DNA of 64,000 nucleotides from an uncultured Acidobacteriota bacterium (GTDB lineage Bacteria; Acidobacteriota; Thermoanaerobaculia; Multivoradales; SZUA-115). The position numbers were made by a program, and so were the translations under genes. The stretch lies in assembly GCA_963805975.1 (NCBI GenBank), contig CAWDVR010000004.1, positions 32,001 to 96,000 on the forward strand, in the 5' to 3' direction. The first letter of the stretch is position 1. Each line of letters starts with the position of its first letter. Under the pieces are notes generated by a model. That model had not been told where the DNA came from. It saw only the letters and a program-made list of their open reading frames with translations, and made no database searches. Shown here piece by piece: positions 42,127 to 55,721 of this stretch.

Positions 42127-42195
42127 GACCTGGCTCCTGCTGCGATCTGTACTTGTGTAGGCGAGCCTCATCGAAGGGTTTGAAGTGACCGAGGC

Positions 42196-42273
42196 GCCGA
42201 ACAAAGCTACTGCAGCGGTCGACGCACTCCGCTACGCTCCGCACGCCGCCGCTGAGTAGCCAAGCCGTTAGAT
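42196..42273 (+). other. attC site
   Basis: GCCGAAC-AAAGC-TACTGCAGCGG...CCGCTGAGTAGC-CAAGCC-GTTAGAT. Confidence 0.88.
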
Positions 42274-42286
42274 GCACTGAACGAAC

Positions 42287-42634
42287 ATGACAGTCGGGCA
42301 GGACGACACGATCGATTTCGTGGCTCATGATCCGGGTCGCGACGAGGTGTTGCTCGTGATGGTTCAAGACGAGGCGTGGGGTGACTCCGGACTCCAGCTT
42401 CCCGCTCTCCAGGCCAAGTTCAATACCTACCTTGCCTACGCGACCGCGGGGCGCCTCGCCATCGACTATCCGGATCACAAGGGCAAGCGCGTCCATATAC
42501 AACTACGTTCCACGCACCCGTCCGGTGAGCGCGAGTTGGCGTTTCTGCGAATCGTGGCAGGGCATCATCTCAAGCCGGCCGGCATCCGATTATCGTGGAA
42601 GGTCATAGGTCACAATGGTGAGCACGGCATCTGA
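42287..42634 (+). CDS. DUF6572-like protein (gene cassette)
   Basis: IDFVA..P...V.L......W....LQAKFNTYL; core GTTAGATGC is mirrored by GCATCTGAC at the 3' end. Confidence 0.75.
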   Translation: MTVGQDDTIDFVAHDPGRDEVLLVMVQDEAWGDSGLQLPALQAKFNTYLAYATAGRLAIDYPDHKGKRVHIQLRSTHPSGERELAFLRIVAGHHLKPAGIRLSWKVIGHNGEHGI

Positions 42635-42637
42635 CTC

Positions 42638-42910
42638 GTATGAGGCCCCCGACTGTCAAGGGCAAGACGCTCCAGCGGCGACATCCGGGTCGGTAGGTCG
42701 CTTGGGAGGCAGAAGTCGGTGAGAGCGTAGGCTCGGGGACTAGCAGAGCGAGCGAGATCCTTTGCGAATTCTTCTACGGAAAGCGGAGGTGGAGCGGGTG
42801 TCTAATCCACCCGAGGGGCTGCCACGCTACAGGCCAAGATCGTCCTGACCGCCCATGGGCGTCTGCTGGATACAGCTCCTCACTACCACCCACAGTCGAG
42901 GAAGTGGTCG
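42638..42910 (-). mobile_element. IS110/IS1111-like non-coding end without transposase, copy 2
   Basis: Homologous to 5463-5813; starts right after the R''-like box and replaces the rest of the attC. Confidence 0.6.
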
Positions 42911-43054
42911 ATCCCCAAGGGAGGAGGCATTGGCCCGCCCGGAGGGCAGGATTGCCGAAGCTAGTGCGTGGCACACGGGATGACTCTGCTAGACGTGCGG
43001 TGCGGCTGCCCTACCACCTCGAGGGCTCAACCTCCGGCCATCCTCCGGTGCGCT

Positions 43055-43918
43055 TCACTCCGAATAATCGACCGCAACCGGCAGGGTAGCTCGATAGTGC
43101 TCGACGCGTTCCTGGAGATACTGTCGGTAGATCGGGAAGCGGGGGTCGTCAGTGCAGTAGAGATCGCCGTAGCAGTCTAGATGAAGAAAGGTGAGTAGGT
43201 CCAGCATGGCAGGTCCGGGTACGGGCTTAGGCAGCTCTGCTCCGATCGGTATGCATACGAGATCGAGCAACCGTTCCTCCGCGGTCTCCTCAAGCGAGAC
43301 CTTTGGACAGTAGTAGGGGAACTCAAGCCTCAGCGCGCGTAAGCCGAGCCCTGAAGCATTGATCCGGAAGCGCTCAAATAGTGCATTCCGTCGCCTCCGC
43401 TTGCCGTCCGTCCTGCGAACAGACCCCTCCTCGATCTCGAAGAGCAGAAAATCGCACTTCCGGCCGCCGCCGAGCAGTATGCGCCGAAGCAACCGCAACA
43501 GGCGAGGCCCCGCGGACACGTTAGCAGCCGGCACCGATGGATTGATTCCATGGTAGCTGATGATCGCATTGGCCCTGTCAGGATAGAAGTGGCACAAGAG
43601 GAGACCGACAACGTCGTCATGGTGCTTCGCCACCAGGACGATGTTCTCGGCGCGTACATGCCTCTTGGCCGAGAATGCTTCCGTTGGATCGATGAACTCC
43701 AGAAGATCGTCCGGCGAGTAGTTCGCGGCGTCGGGCACGAAGAGGAGTTCGTAGAGATCTAGAACTCCTCTGATGTCGGCGTCCTCGCGGCTTGTGATGC
43801 GTCTCACACTTACACGATCACGAATTCTGTTCTCCCAGAGATAGGCCGCAAGAATGGCCGCTGCGACTGTGGCGATAGGTTCAGTGATCACGGTATCCGA
43901 GCTCCTCCTGCCAGTCAT
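43055..43918 (-). CDS. Hypothetical protein with GNAT-like fold
   Basis: VLVAK..DVVGLL; LLFEIE; 5' end uncertain. Confidence 0.55.
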   Translation of the reverse strand: MTGRRSSDTVITEPIATVAAAILAAYLWENRIRDRVSVRRITSREDADIRGVLDLYELLFVPDAANYSPDDLLEFIDPTEAFSAKRHVRAENIVLVAKHHDDVVGLLLCHFYPDRANAIISYHGINPSVPAANVSAGPRLLRLLRRILLGGGRKCDFLLFEIEEGSVRRTDGKRRRRNALFERFRINASGLGLRALRLEFPYYCPKVSLEETAEERLLDLVCIPIGAELPKPVPGPAMLDLLTFLHLDCYGDLYCTDDPRFPIYRQYLQERVEHYRATLPVAVDYSE

Positions 43919-44038
43919 GGAAGACTTATTACTCTCATCGACTTCTGCCGACCAAGCGACCCACCGCCCAGAGGGCGCCCTTTGAGCCCCTTGCTCTTAA
44001 CAATGGAGGGCCTCACCGGGTTAGGTCGGGCCGCCGTC

Positions 44039-44806
44039 CTACGGCGCTGACTCAGGAGCACGGAAGGCCGCCAAGACCTTGTACTTGGCACTGTTTCCAG
44101 TGACGGAGGAGAGGGAGAGACGGGCGCCCCTATATGTGACTTCGGTGTCGCCCGAGGGCGAGATGTCGTAGCTGAGATCCTGGACAGCGGTTGGTCGTGT
44201 CCAATCCGAGCTGAACTCTCGGTATGTAAGACGAAGGACACCGGCCGACGCACCCTGGTAGATCAACTCCATTCGCCAGCCATGACCCTCCGTAGCTGGT
44301 TCGTACACGAGGTCGTATTGAGCAGTCAGGTGCTCGACCGGCCTACCACCGCCCACTATCTGGACTTTGTCGAAGGCACCATCGCCATCCCGATCCTTCA
44401 GGCAATAGAGCGCGGCTTCGTAGCCCTTGCAGTATTCCTTCTGCCCGCTGCCAAGCTCAAGGTCGCCCTCTAGGAGTAAGCCCTTGGGAAGCATCATGCC
44501 GGACTGCGAGACTCGAGTGTCAGCCTTGAGTCTCGCGAACTCGATCTCTAGGCGGTTCACGCTGACGAGGATCGGATCCCCAGTTGCTACTTCCGCTTCC
44601 GTTCCAACCGGCGGTATGACCTCGCGGTTCTGCCGTGTTACAGAATCTGCCATCAAGGGAATCGCCGTGAGCGCGAGGAGCGCAATTGCGAGACGACGCC
44701 TCCGCCATCCGACACAGAGTCGGTTGACGATGGCATGTCCGGGTCGGCTGACCGGACGGGCCTCATTCCTACCCCAGTCTGCTCGAGCCATGTTAACCCC
44801 GCGCAT
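44039..44806 (-). CDS. Secreted hypothetical protein
   Basis: Signal-like segment; ELIYQG....LRLTYREFS motif. Confidence 0.65.
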   Translation of the reverse strand: MRGVNMARADWGRNEARPVSRPGHAIVNRLCVGWRRRRLAIALLALTAIPLMADSVTRQNREVIPPVGTEAEVATGDPILVSVNRLEIEFARLKADTRVSQSGMMLPKGLLLEGDLELGSGQKEYCKGYEAALYCLKDRDGDGAFDKVQIVGGGRPVEHLTAQYDLVYEPATEGHGWRMELIYQGASAGVLRLTYREFSSDWTRPTAVQDLSYDISPSGDTEVTYRGARLSLSSVTGNSAKYKVLAAFRAPESAP

Positions 44807-45142
44807 TGGCCACCCGCAGTGCTACTGCGAGGCCATGACTGTCTTAGCCTGGCTTCAGTTGGTGGGATTCTACAACAGGCTCTAGAGGAGCGGGCGCGAC
44901 TCAGTTCTCTAGAGCCCTCCCCCAGTTGGCATACCGCGTCGGCCGGCACAGAGCCGCGAGCCTTCGCCTGAGCCCAAGGGCCTCCGCGGCACTGCATATG
45001 GCGCATGCGCTGACCCTGAGATTCCTAGTAGCTCTACAACCACGCTTGAGCGTCTCTCACACGGCCGGCAGGTGAAGCCTGGCGCTCGTCTGCCGCTGCA
45101 CTTCGCCCCCGCAGCACGCGTGCCTGCCCCTGTCAATCTAGC

Positions 45143-46277
45143 TAGTGTGTCGTCCTCGAAATAGGTGTAACGAAGATCGAGGTAGATTCGTATGAAGGAG
45201 CATGGGAAAGACGAGGGTTCTTCGTGTGAGTGCCCGAGATCGGGCGGCTCTGGAAGCCTTGGTGGCTCAGCCGACAGCGCCGGCGGGCCATGTGCGTCGG
45301 GCTCGGCTGGTTTTGTTGGCCCACGAGGGGGTCTCGGGCGTGGAGATCGCGAAGCGTCTTCACCTTTCGGTTCCCCAGGTCAGCCGCCTGCGCAAGCGCT
45401 TCGAACGTGGAGGCGTGGCCGGCTTGGCGGACCAGCCCAAGCCGGGTCGCGGGAACAACGTCTCGGAGGCGAAGGTGCGCGAGATCGTGAAGACGGTGAT
45501 GGAGCCGCCGCCGGCCGGCTACTCGCACTGGTCGGTTCGGCAGCTGGCGGTTCGGGTGAAGCTGGGGCACACGGTCGTGCATAAGATTCTTCGGGCGAAC
45601 GACCTGAAGCCGCATCTGCAGCAGACCTTCAAAGTCAGCAAGGATCCGCGGTTCGCTGAGAAGGTCCAGGACGTGGTGGGTCTGTACCTGAACCCGCCGG
45701 AGAAGGCTGTCGTGCTGTGTCTGGACGAGAAGACCCAAGTTCAGGCGCTGGAGAGAACCCAACCTTTGCTGCCCTTGAGGTCCGGGCAACCGCAACGGCG
45801 CACCCACGACTACAAGAGGCATGGAGTCACAGACCTCTACGCGGCTTTGGAACTGGCGACGGGCCGAGTGGTCGGAGACTGTCGGGACTCTCACACCGGC
45901 GCGGACTTCCTTAGTTTCCTCGATCGGCTCCAGCGCGAGTTTCCGCGGCGCGAATTGCACGTCGTCCTGGACAACTCCTCCACTCACAAGACACCCGAGG
46001 TCCAGGCCTGGTTGACGAAGAACCCTCGGATCACCTTTCACTTCACTCCCACCAGTGCTTCCTGGCTCAACCAAGTAGAGGGATTCTTCAGCATCCTGAC
46101 CCGTCGCAGCCTGCGACGTACGAGCTTCCCATCGAAGGCCGCTCTCATGCACCACATCAAGGACTTCCTGCGAGCTTGGAACGACAACCCCACGCCCTTT
46201 GTCTGGACCAAGTCCCCACACCGCATCGTCCGTAACCACAACCGCATCCTTGCGCGGATTACGAGGACGGTACACTA
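45143..46277 (+). mobile_element. Intact IS630-family element
   Basis: Inverted repeats TAGTGTGTCGTCCTCGAAAT / ATTACGAGGACGGTACACTA; CTAG at both ends. Confidence 0.93.
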
Positions 46278-46278
46278 G
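45202..46278 (+). CDS. IS630 DDE transposase
   Basis: HTH; CLDEKT, VLDNSSTH and SWLNQVE. Confidence 0.95.
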   Translation: MGKTRVLRVSARDRAALEALVAQPTAPAGHVRRARLVLLAHEGVSGVEIAKRLHLSVPQVSRLRKRFERGGVAGLADQPKPGRGNNVSEAKVREIVKTVMEPPPAGYSHWSVRQLAVRVKLGHTVVHKILRANDLKPHLQQTFKVSKDPRFAEKVQDVVGLYLNPPEKAVVLCLDEKTQVQALERTQPLLPLRSGQPQRRTHDYKRHGVTDLYAALELATGRVVGDCRDSHTGADFLSFLDRLQREFPRRELHVVLDNSSTHKTPEVQAWLTKNPRITFHFTPTSASWLNQVEGFFSILTRRSLRRTSFPSKAALMHHIKDFLRAWNDNPTPFVWTKSPHRIVRNHNRILARITRTVH

Positions 46279-46414
46279 GGAGTAACGAGAACAGCTCCTC
46301 GAGGCAGTCGAAGATCTCGATCGGCCGCGCCTCGTCGCCGCTGCGGCGCAGCTCCTCGACCACCTCCGAGGGCTTGAGCCCCTGCTCCGCCAGCAGGCCA
46401 ACCGCTCGGGGCGG

Positions 46415-46570
46415 GTGGACGGTCGGCGGTTCTTCGCGTACCACGAGCTGTGCCTGACGGAGGCCCGGACGTTCGACGCCGAGGCCTTCGGCCAGGGGAT
46501 CGTGGGCTTCCGGTTCACCGAACCGGGAGCAGTAGCCCCGGCTGAGGTCGAGCCGGTCGAGCGCAAGCCG
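46415..46570 (+). pseudogene. 3' fragment of a paralog of 10756-11193
   Basis: DGRRFFA...EARTFDAEAFGQGIVGFRFTEPG...PVERKP. Confidence 0.85.
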
Positions 46571-46811
46571 GCCCGTGCCGATCGCCCCTCTCGATCCTTA
46601 CGGCAAGCTTGAGCACCTGAGCCCCCATTTGGTCGCCTTGCTGGCGAGCCGCACCTCGGCCGGCGAAAGCTGGCAGAACGTCTGCTCGTGGGCCATGTCG
46701 GTCAGGTAGCCGCGCTGGCCGTCTCCGAGTACCGGGCGATCGCTGACGGGCTGAGAGCGTCGGCCACGGGCTAACCTTGCTGGCCTACCCCATCGGCGGT
46801 ACTCTTGCGTA

Positions 46812-47361
<550 letters not shown>

Positions 47362-47454
47362 CATCGGGCTCTAGCCCGAGTCGGCCGCATCATGGATGCA
47401 ACTCGGGCCAGGCCTTCTTGGCGGGGACGAAAGTCTACGCTCTCCCAGGTCGAT

Positions 47455-47530
47455 GTCTAACACGCGCGTGCAGCGGACTCGCTCATCGCCTTCGGCTCTT
47501 CGCTCGCCGCTGACGCGCCACCCGTTAGAC
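47455..47530 (+). other. attC site
   Basis: GTCTAAC-ACGCG-CGTGCAGCGG...CCGCTGACG-CGCCACCC-GTTAGAC. Confidence 0.9.
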
Positions 47531-47567
47531 CGCAGAACGAGCACTACTCGATCATAGGAGAAAGACG

Positions 47568-47948
47568 ATGAAGCGCGTGACGGGCATCGGTGGCATATTT
47601 TTCAAATCGGCGGACCCCAAGCGCCTTGGCGTTTGGTATCGCGACCACCTTGGCTTGGACGTGAGCGACTGGGGCGGAGCCATATTTCAGTGGGGTGGCT
47701 CCGACAGCCCGCCTGGGATGACCATTTGGAGCCCGTTTGCCCAGAACACAGAAAAAATGGAGCCGAGCTCCGCGTCCTTCATGATCAACTTCCGCGTGGC
47801 GGATCTGGACGCACTCCTGGCCGCGTTGCGCACTGAAGGTTGCAACGTCCTCGAGAAGACGGACGACTCGGAGTACGGGAAGTTCGGCTGGGTCGTCGAC
47901 CCGGAGGGAAACAAAGTCGAACTCTGGCAGCCGCCCGCGGGGCAGTGA
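47568..47948 (+). CDS. VOC/glyoxalase family protein
   Basis: VTGIGGIFFK; YGKFGWVVDPEGNKVELWQP. Confidence 0.93.
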   Translation: MKRVTGIGGIFFKSADPKRLGVWYRDHLGLDVSDWGGAIFQWGGSDSPPGMTIWSPFAQNTEKMEPSSASFMINFRVADLDALLAALRTEGCNVLEKTDDSEYGKFGWVVDPEGNKVELWQPPAGQ

Positions 47949-48122
47949 ACAGCGCGCAACTGCCTGGGAACGACTCTTAACCCTTCGAGGTCGGCGTCTG
48001 GGCGAAGTTGGCTGTATGTCACGGGCCCGTCCACGAAAAAGGTCGCTGGGCTCAGAACGTGGATCGCGCGGGGAGAAACCGCCCTGCGCGCGCCAACCCG
48101 GGAAACCGGGAGGAGGCACACG

Positions 48123-48494
48123 ATGAACATCCTGTTGTGGGTCCTGCAGGTCCTCGCCGCGCTCCTGTACGGGTCGTCGGGCGTCATGAAGGTCTTCATG
48201 CTCGACAAAGTAAGCAAGGACGTCCCGTCCTTTGGTGCGTTGCCGCGGGAAGCCTGGGTGGCCCTGGGCATCCTGGAGCTCGTGTGCACGGTCGGGCTCA
48301 TCGTCCCCGCCGCCCTCCATTGGCAGCCGCGGCTGACGGTCCTGGCTGCCACGGTCCTGGCGATCGAGAGCCTCGTGTTCGTCTGGGTGCACGTCCAGTA
48401 CCGCGAGATCACGCCCATGATCTTGAGCGGCGTGCTGGGCCTCCTCATGGCGTTCATCGCGTACGGCCGGATGGTCCTGAAGCCGATCTCCTGA
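48123..48494 (+). CDS. DoxX-family membrane protein
   Basis: MNILLWVLQVL...GVMK...GILE...GLIVP. Confidence 0.88.
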   Translation: MNILLWVLQVLAALLYGSSGVMKVFMLDKVSKDVPSFGALPREAWVALGILELVCTVGLIVPAALHWQPRLTVLAATVLAIESLVFVWVHVQYREITPMILSGVLGLLMAFIAYGRMVLKPIS

Positions 48495-49739
48495 CCGGCG
48501 GGCCGCCCGGCGGCTCCCGGTCAGGCGGGCCCGGCGAGCACCCGGTCCAGCGCCTCGTAGCTTCGCTGCAACCCGTCCTCCATCCCCGCGTCCAACCAGA
48601 GGGCTTCCCCTCAACGAACCTGACGAGCAAGTCAGGCCGCCAGAAGCGTCAACGCTGGCTGCAGGCCACCGGCAGGAGACTCGGATAGCTCGTCGAAAGC
48701 GCCAACCTGCGCGATCTCACCCTCATTGAAGACGCATCCGGTTCGCGCACCGCGCAGTGTTGACCGCCGATGCGCGACCATGACCACGGTATGAGCCTTG
48801 AGCCTTCGGCTCAAGGCCTCCAAGACCCGCCTCCCAGTCGATCTGCGCCCAGGCGGGCACCGCGCGGGACCTGAAAAGATCATCCCACCGGGATCAGAAG
48901 AATTCCTCCTCCGCTCCTCTTGGTCGAGCAGCCATGCGTCACGGCGAAGAGCTCATCGCCCTCGACCGTGACCGGCGTCGAGCGCGGGCTGCTGAGCTGG
49001 CAAGCGGGGAACTCCTGCCACGCCGCGACGATCTCTCCTCTGCTGAGCGGCGGCGCGATGGCGTTGAAGGTGAGGTCCGGGTAGTAGAACGAGTCGGCGT
49101 GGGTCGTTCCGCTCGAGCGCTCGACGATGACCCGGGCACCGACCAGCACTTCCGAGACCCGGATCGCCCGCTGGCACTCGCGTAGCGGATCGACGACCGG
49201 CGCCGGCAGTGGCCTGTCCATGCGCGGGCTGGGAGCCGGCGGGAACGCGGTCACGCCGCTCGTCAAAGCGCAGGCTTCCTGCTCGGCGAGCAGCCGCCCC
49301 CATGCTGATCGCCGGCGCCAGGCGGACGTGCACTCCGGTGCCGTCGGCTTCTCCGGCCCCGAGAGTCGCCCCCCCTTCTTTGACCGTGACCTCCGCCCCC
49401 GGGACCGCACCCTTGATCCACACGGACTGACCGCAGCCGTACGGCTGCGCGAGGACCGAGAGCGGACCCGGTGGAGTCTTGGCCAGGACCCTGACGAACG
49501 GCTCGGGCGTGGTCGGGCTGGGACCGCTGCCGTAGTCCTTGGTCGCGACGACCTCCTCGCCGTGGTTCAGGCTTTGGCCGGGAAGCAACGGGAAGGCGTG
49601 GTCGCTCCACGGAGCGACGGCGTCCGCCACCAGGCCGGGGTGGGGGTGGACGCGGAGTGGGGTGGGACGCCGGCGGCGCTAGACAACTCCGGAGCGACGT
49701 GGAACGATCGCGCGGGTGACTAGCATACCCGCCGCCGCG

Positions 49740-50000
<261 letters not shown>

Positions 50001-50002
50001 CG

Positions 50003-52407
<2,405 letters not shown>

Positions 52408-52474
52408 CCGAGGCCCTCACGGAAACCGTCAGGCGAGCTCTCGCCGTACTGCCGGAAGCGCGCTCGGGCAGCAC

Positions 52475-53551
52475 ATGAAGGTATCCTCCGCCGCGATGTC
52501 GGAACTTGCCACGGCCGCGAAATCGGTCGGCATCCTTGCGAGGACGGCGCGGCGCGTTGCGATCGCGCTGACGATCTCGATCGGCGTCGGGCTCCTGCTG
52601 CTGAAGCTGTGGAAGGGCTCGCCGGCCTCGCTCTTCCTCGGCGCTATCGTCCTCGGCCTGGCGGCGACCGCGGCCTTCGCGCTCTTCGAAGTGTGGCCCC
52701 GGAGGCTCCCGCGCTGGATCGAGCGATGGGTGCTCCAAGTGGTTGCCGTCGGCGTTGTGATCCCGGTCACGGCCTTCGTGATGCACCGCCTGGATCACTT
52801 GGGCGCGCCGCCATTCTGGACGCCTCACGACGGGCTGCTCCTCACCTTCGCCGCCGTCCTGCTCGCGCCGTGGACGGCGCTCGCGGCGATCGTCCGGCAG
52901 AAGGAGGCCGTCGTTCGCGATCAGCAGCTGGCGTTCGCGCTCGAGCGCAGCGAGCTCGAGCGGCAGGCGCTCGACGCGCGGTTGCATCTGCTGCAGGCGC
53001 AGGTCGCCCCGCATTTCCTCTTCAACACGCTCGCCAACGTGCAGGCGCTCGTCGACGCGGGCTCGCCGCACGCGGCGAGCGTGCTGCGGAGCCTCGTTGC
53101 ATACCTGCGCGCGGCGGTGCCGCAGCTCCACGAGCCCACCGCGACGATCGAGCGCGAGTTGCAGCTCGTGCACCCCTATCTCGAGCTGATGCAGATGCGC
53201 ATGCCCGATCGCCTGCAGTACGCGATGCGCGTCGACCCCTCGGCGCTCGAGGTGCGCTGTCCTCCGACCACGCTGCTGACGCTGGTCGAGAATGCCGTGC
53301 GCCACGGGATCGACCCCAGTGAAGAAGGAGGGCGGATCGACATCGACATCGAACGGCTGGGTGCACGCTGTGTCGTCCGCGTCACCGACACCGGCGCCGG
53401 ACTGCAGCCATCGGCGAGCGGTCTCGGGACCGGGCTGGCGACTCTGCGCGGCCGGCTGCAACTCATCTTCGGCGATGCCGCGGAGCTGCGCCTGATACCT
53501 GGCGACCCCCGCGGCGTCGCCGTCGAAGTCGAGATGCCGGCGCAGACGTGA
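52475..53551 (+). CDS. LytS/YehU-type sensor histidine kinase
   Basis: TM helices; QAQVAPHFLFNTL and LVENAVRHG. Confidence 0.93.
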   Translation: MKVSSAAMSELATAAKSVGILARTARRVAIALTISIGVGLLLLKLWKGSPASLFLGAIVLGLAATAAFALFEVWPRRLPRWIERWVLQVVAVGVVIPVTAFVMHRLDHLGAPPFWTPHDGLLLTFAAVLLAPWTALAAIVRQKEAVVRDQQLAFALERSELERQALDARLHLLQAQVAPHFLFNTLANVQALVDAGSPHAASVLRSLVAYLRAAVPQLHEPTATIERELQLVHPYLELMQMRMPDRLQYAMRVDPSALEVRCPPTTLLTLVENAVRHGIDPSEEGGRIDIDIERLGARCVVRVTDTGAGLQPSASGLGTGLATLRGRLQLIFGDAAELRLIPGDPRGVAVEVEMPAQT

Positions 53552-54336
53552 ACGCCCGCGCGACCGCCTTGATCGCGGACGACGAACCGCTGCTGCGCGA
53601 GGCACTGCGGCGCCAGCTCGCGAGCGTCTGGCCCGAGCTCGAGATCGTGGCCGAGGCGCGCAACGGGCGGGAGGCGGTGCGGCTGTTCGACGAGCGGCAT
53701 CCCGACATCTGCTTCCTCGACGTCCACATGCCGGGCCTCTCCGGCGTCGACACCGCGAACCACATCGGCCGCCGCGCGCATCTCGTGTTCGTCACCGCGT
53801 ACGACCACTACGCAGTGCAGGCCTTTGCGCAGGGCGCCCTCGACTACCTTCTGAAGCCGGTCGAGCAGGCACGGCTCGCGGAAACCGTGAGCCGGCTCCA
53901 GGAACGTCTGCAGTCATCGCGGCCGGCGATCAACACCGAGCAGCTCTTGCAGCAACTCAGCGCCCAGCTCGCGAAGCTGCAGGGCGGCGGGAATAGCGAG
54001 CCGCTGCGCTGGATTCGGGCCCAAGCGGGAAAAACGGTGCGTCTCATCGCAACCGAGGACGTCGACTATCTTCGGTCGGACGCGAAGTACACACTCGTCG
54101 CCTGGCGCGATGGCGGCAAACCCGCCCAGGCCGTAGTCCGGATTCCGCTCAAGGAGCTGCTCGAGCAGCTCGACGCGCAGCAGTTCGCGCAGGTCCATCG
54201 ATCGGTCGTGGTGAATCTGCGCGCGATTTGCCTCGTGAAGCGACACGACAACGAGACGGCGGAGGTTCACCTGAAGGGGCGCGACGAGGTGCTGCCGGTG
54301 AGCCGCAACTACGTGCACCTGTTCCGGCAGATGTAG
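53548..54336 (+). CDS. LytTR-family response regulator
   Basis: IADDEP, FLDVHMP, FAQVHRS and VSRNY. Confidence 0.95.
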   Translation: MNARATALIADDEPLLREALRRQLASVWPELEIVAEARNGREAVRLFDERHPDICFLDVHMPGLSGVDTANHIGRRAHLVFVTAYDHYAVQAFAQGALDYLLKPVEQARLAETVSRLQERLQSSRPAINTEQLLQQLSAQLAKLQGGGNSEPLRWIRAQAGKTVRLIATEDVDYLRSDAKYTLVAWRDGGKPAQAVVRIPLKELLEQLDAQQFAQVHRSVVVNLRAICLVKRHDNETAEVHLKGRDEVLPVSRNYVHLFRQM

Positions 54337-54339
54337 CCT

Positions 54340-54369
54340 CCGTTCGTCCGCCCGAATCCGCCCTTCGTC
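54340..54369 (+). promoter_or_regulatory. LytTR binding site (9-12-9 direct repeat)
   Basis: CCGTTCGTC-N12-CCCTTCGTC; AlgR-like core. Confidence 0.75.
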
Positions 54370-54480
54370 GCAATCGGCCTGTTCGCGTGCGTGCGCCGCC
54401 GGTATCTTGGCGCGCATGGCATCGAATCCGCCGAGGCGTGCCGGCCAGCCGTAGGAGAGCGCGAAACACTGGGAGTCGAG

Positions 54481-55230
54481 ATGAAAGAGCCTGTAAGCAA
54501 AGCCTCGCGCCGAGCTCTGTCGAGACTCGGAGGCGTGCTGTACCTGATCATCATCGTCGGCGGCGTCATTGGGGAGGCTTTCATCCGCGGGCGGATCGTC
54601 GTCGCGGGTGACGCACGGGCCACGGCGGCGAATATCACCGCGCTCGAGCCCCTGTGGCGCATCGGCATCGCTACCGAGTTCTTCATGCTGATGTGCACCG
54701 TCGCTTTGGCCCTGATCTTCTACGTCTTGCTGCGGCCGGTCAGTAGGGATCTCGCGCTCTTGGCGGTGCTCTTCAATCTGGTATCGATCGCCGTTGAGGC
54801 AGTCAACGAGCAGAGTCTCCTGGCGGCGCTGTTTCCGTTGGGCAAGGCCAACTACCTGGCGGCTTTCCAGCCGGAGCAGCTTCACGCGCTCTCCAGCCTC
54901 TCACTCCGCTCGTACAGCTATGGCTTCGGCATCAGCTTGCTTTTCTTCGGCTGCGAGTGCCTCGTTCTCGGCTACCTGATCTTCAGATCCCGCTATCTGC
55001 CGAAGACTGTCGGCATCCTCATGCAGCTGGCCGGCTGCTGCTATCTCGTCAACACGTTCGCGCTGCTGCTGTCGCCCAGCCTCGCCAGCCAGATTTTCCC
55101 GACCATCCTGATTCCCGCCCTGATCGGAGAAGCGTCGCTCTGCCTCTGGCTGCTCTTCAAGGGCGTCGACGAGGAGCAGTGGACGCGGGCCGGCGCACAG
55201 GCTGCCACCGACGACGCGGCCGTCGTCTGA
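54481..55230 (+). CDS. DUF4386 membrane protein
   Basis: GVLYLIII, DARATAANI, YLIFRSRYLPK and LWLLFKG. Confidence 0.85.
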   Translation: MKEPVSKASRRALSRLGGVLYLIIIVGGVIGEAFIRGRIVVAGDARATAANITALEPLWRIGIATEFFMLMCTVALALIFYVLLRPVSRDLALLAVLFNLVSIAVEAVNEQSLLAALFPLGKANYLAAFQPEQLHALSSLSLRSYSYGFGISLLFFGCECLVLGYLIFRSRYLPKTVGILMQLAGCCYLVNTFALLLSPSLASQIFPTILIPALIGEASLCLWLLFKGVDEEQWTRAGAQAATDDAAVV

Positions 55231-55244
55231 TTGGAGAACATCAA

Positions 55245-55667
55245 ATGAAACACACTGTCGCCTTGACCGTCACATCGCTTCTCTCCGTCCTCTTCACAAT
55301 GGTTCACCTGGCGGACGACTACAGCCGCGGTTTCTCGACGGGAGACATCACGAGCCTCCCTGTGGCGCCCGTCCTGGCCATATGGGTGTACGCGACGCTG
55401 GTACGCGGTGAGCGCCGATCGGGCCATGTCGTCGTCCTCGTGATGTCGATCTTGGCGTCGGGCCTCCCCGTCCTCCACTTGATGGGTAGATCAGGCATTA
55501 CCGGCGGCGCGACCGCCAAGTCCGCCGGCGCCTTTTTCTTCGCCTGGACCCTCCTCGTGCTCGGCGTGACCTCGGTCTGCTCCGTCATACTCTCGGTGCG
55601 CGGACTGTGGAGCCTGCGACGGGGCCGGGCGAAGCTGCCAACAACGCGACACGAGGCGCTCGAATGA
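55245..55667 (+). CDS. Hypothetical membrane protein
   Basis: Four hydrophobic segments; GGAG RBS. Confidence 0.75.
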   Translation: MKHTVALTVTSLLSVLFTMVHLADDYSRGFSTGDITSLPVAPVLAIWVYATLVRGERRSGHVVVLVMSILASGLPVLHLMGRSGITGGATAKSAGAFFFAWTLLVLGVTSVCSVILSVRGLWSLRRGRAKLPTTRHEALE

Positions 55668-55721
55668 ATCGCGGAACCCATCTCCAGGCCGACGCGAGAC
55701 TGTTCGCATGATTGGGGAAGC

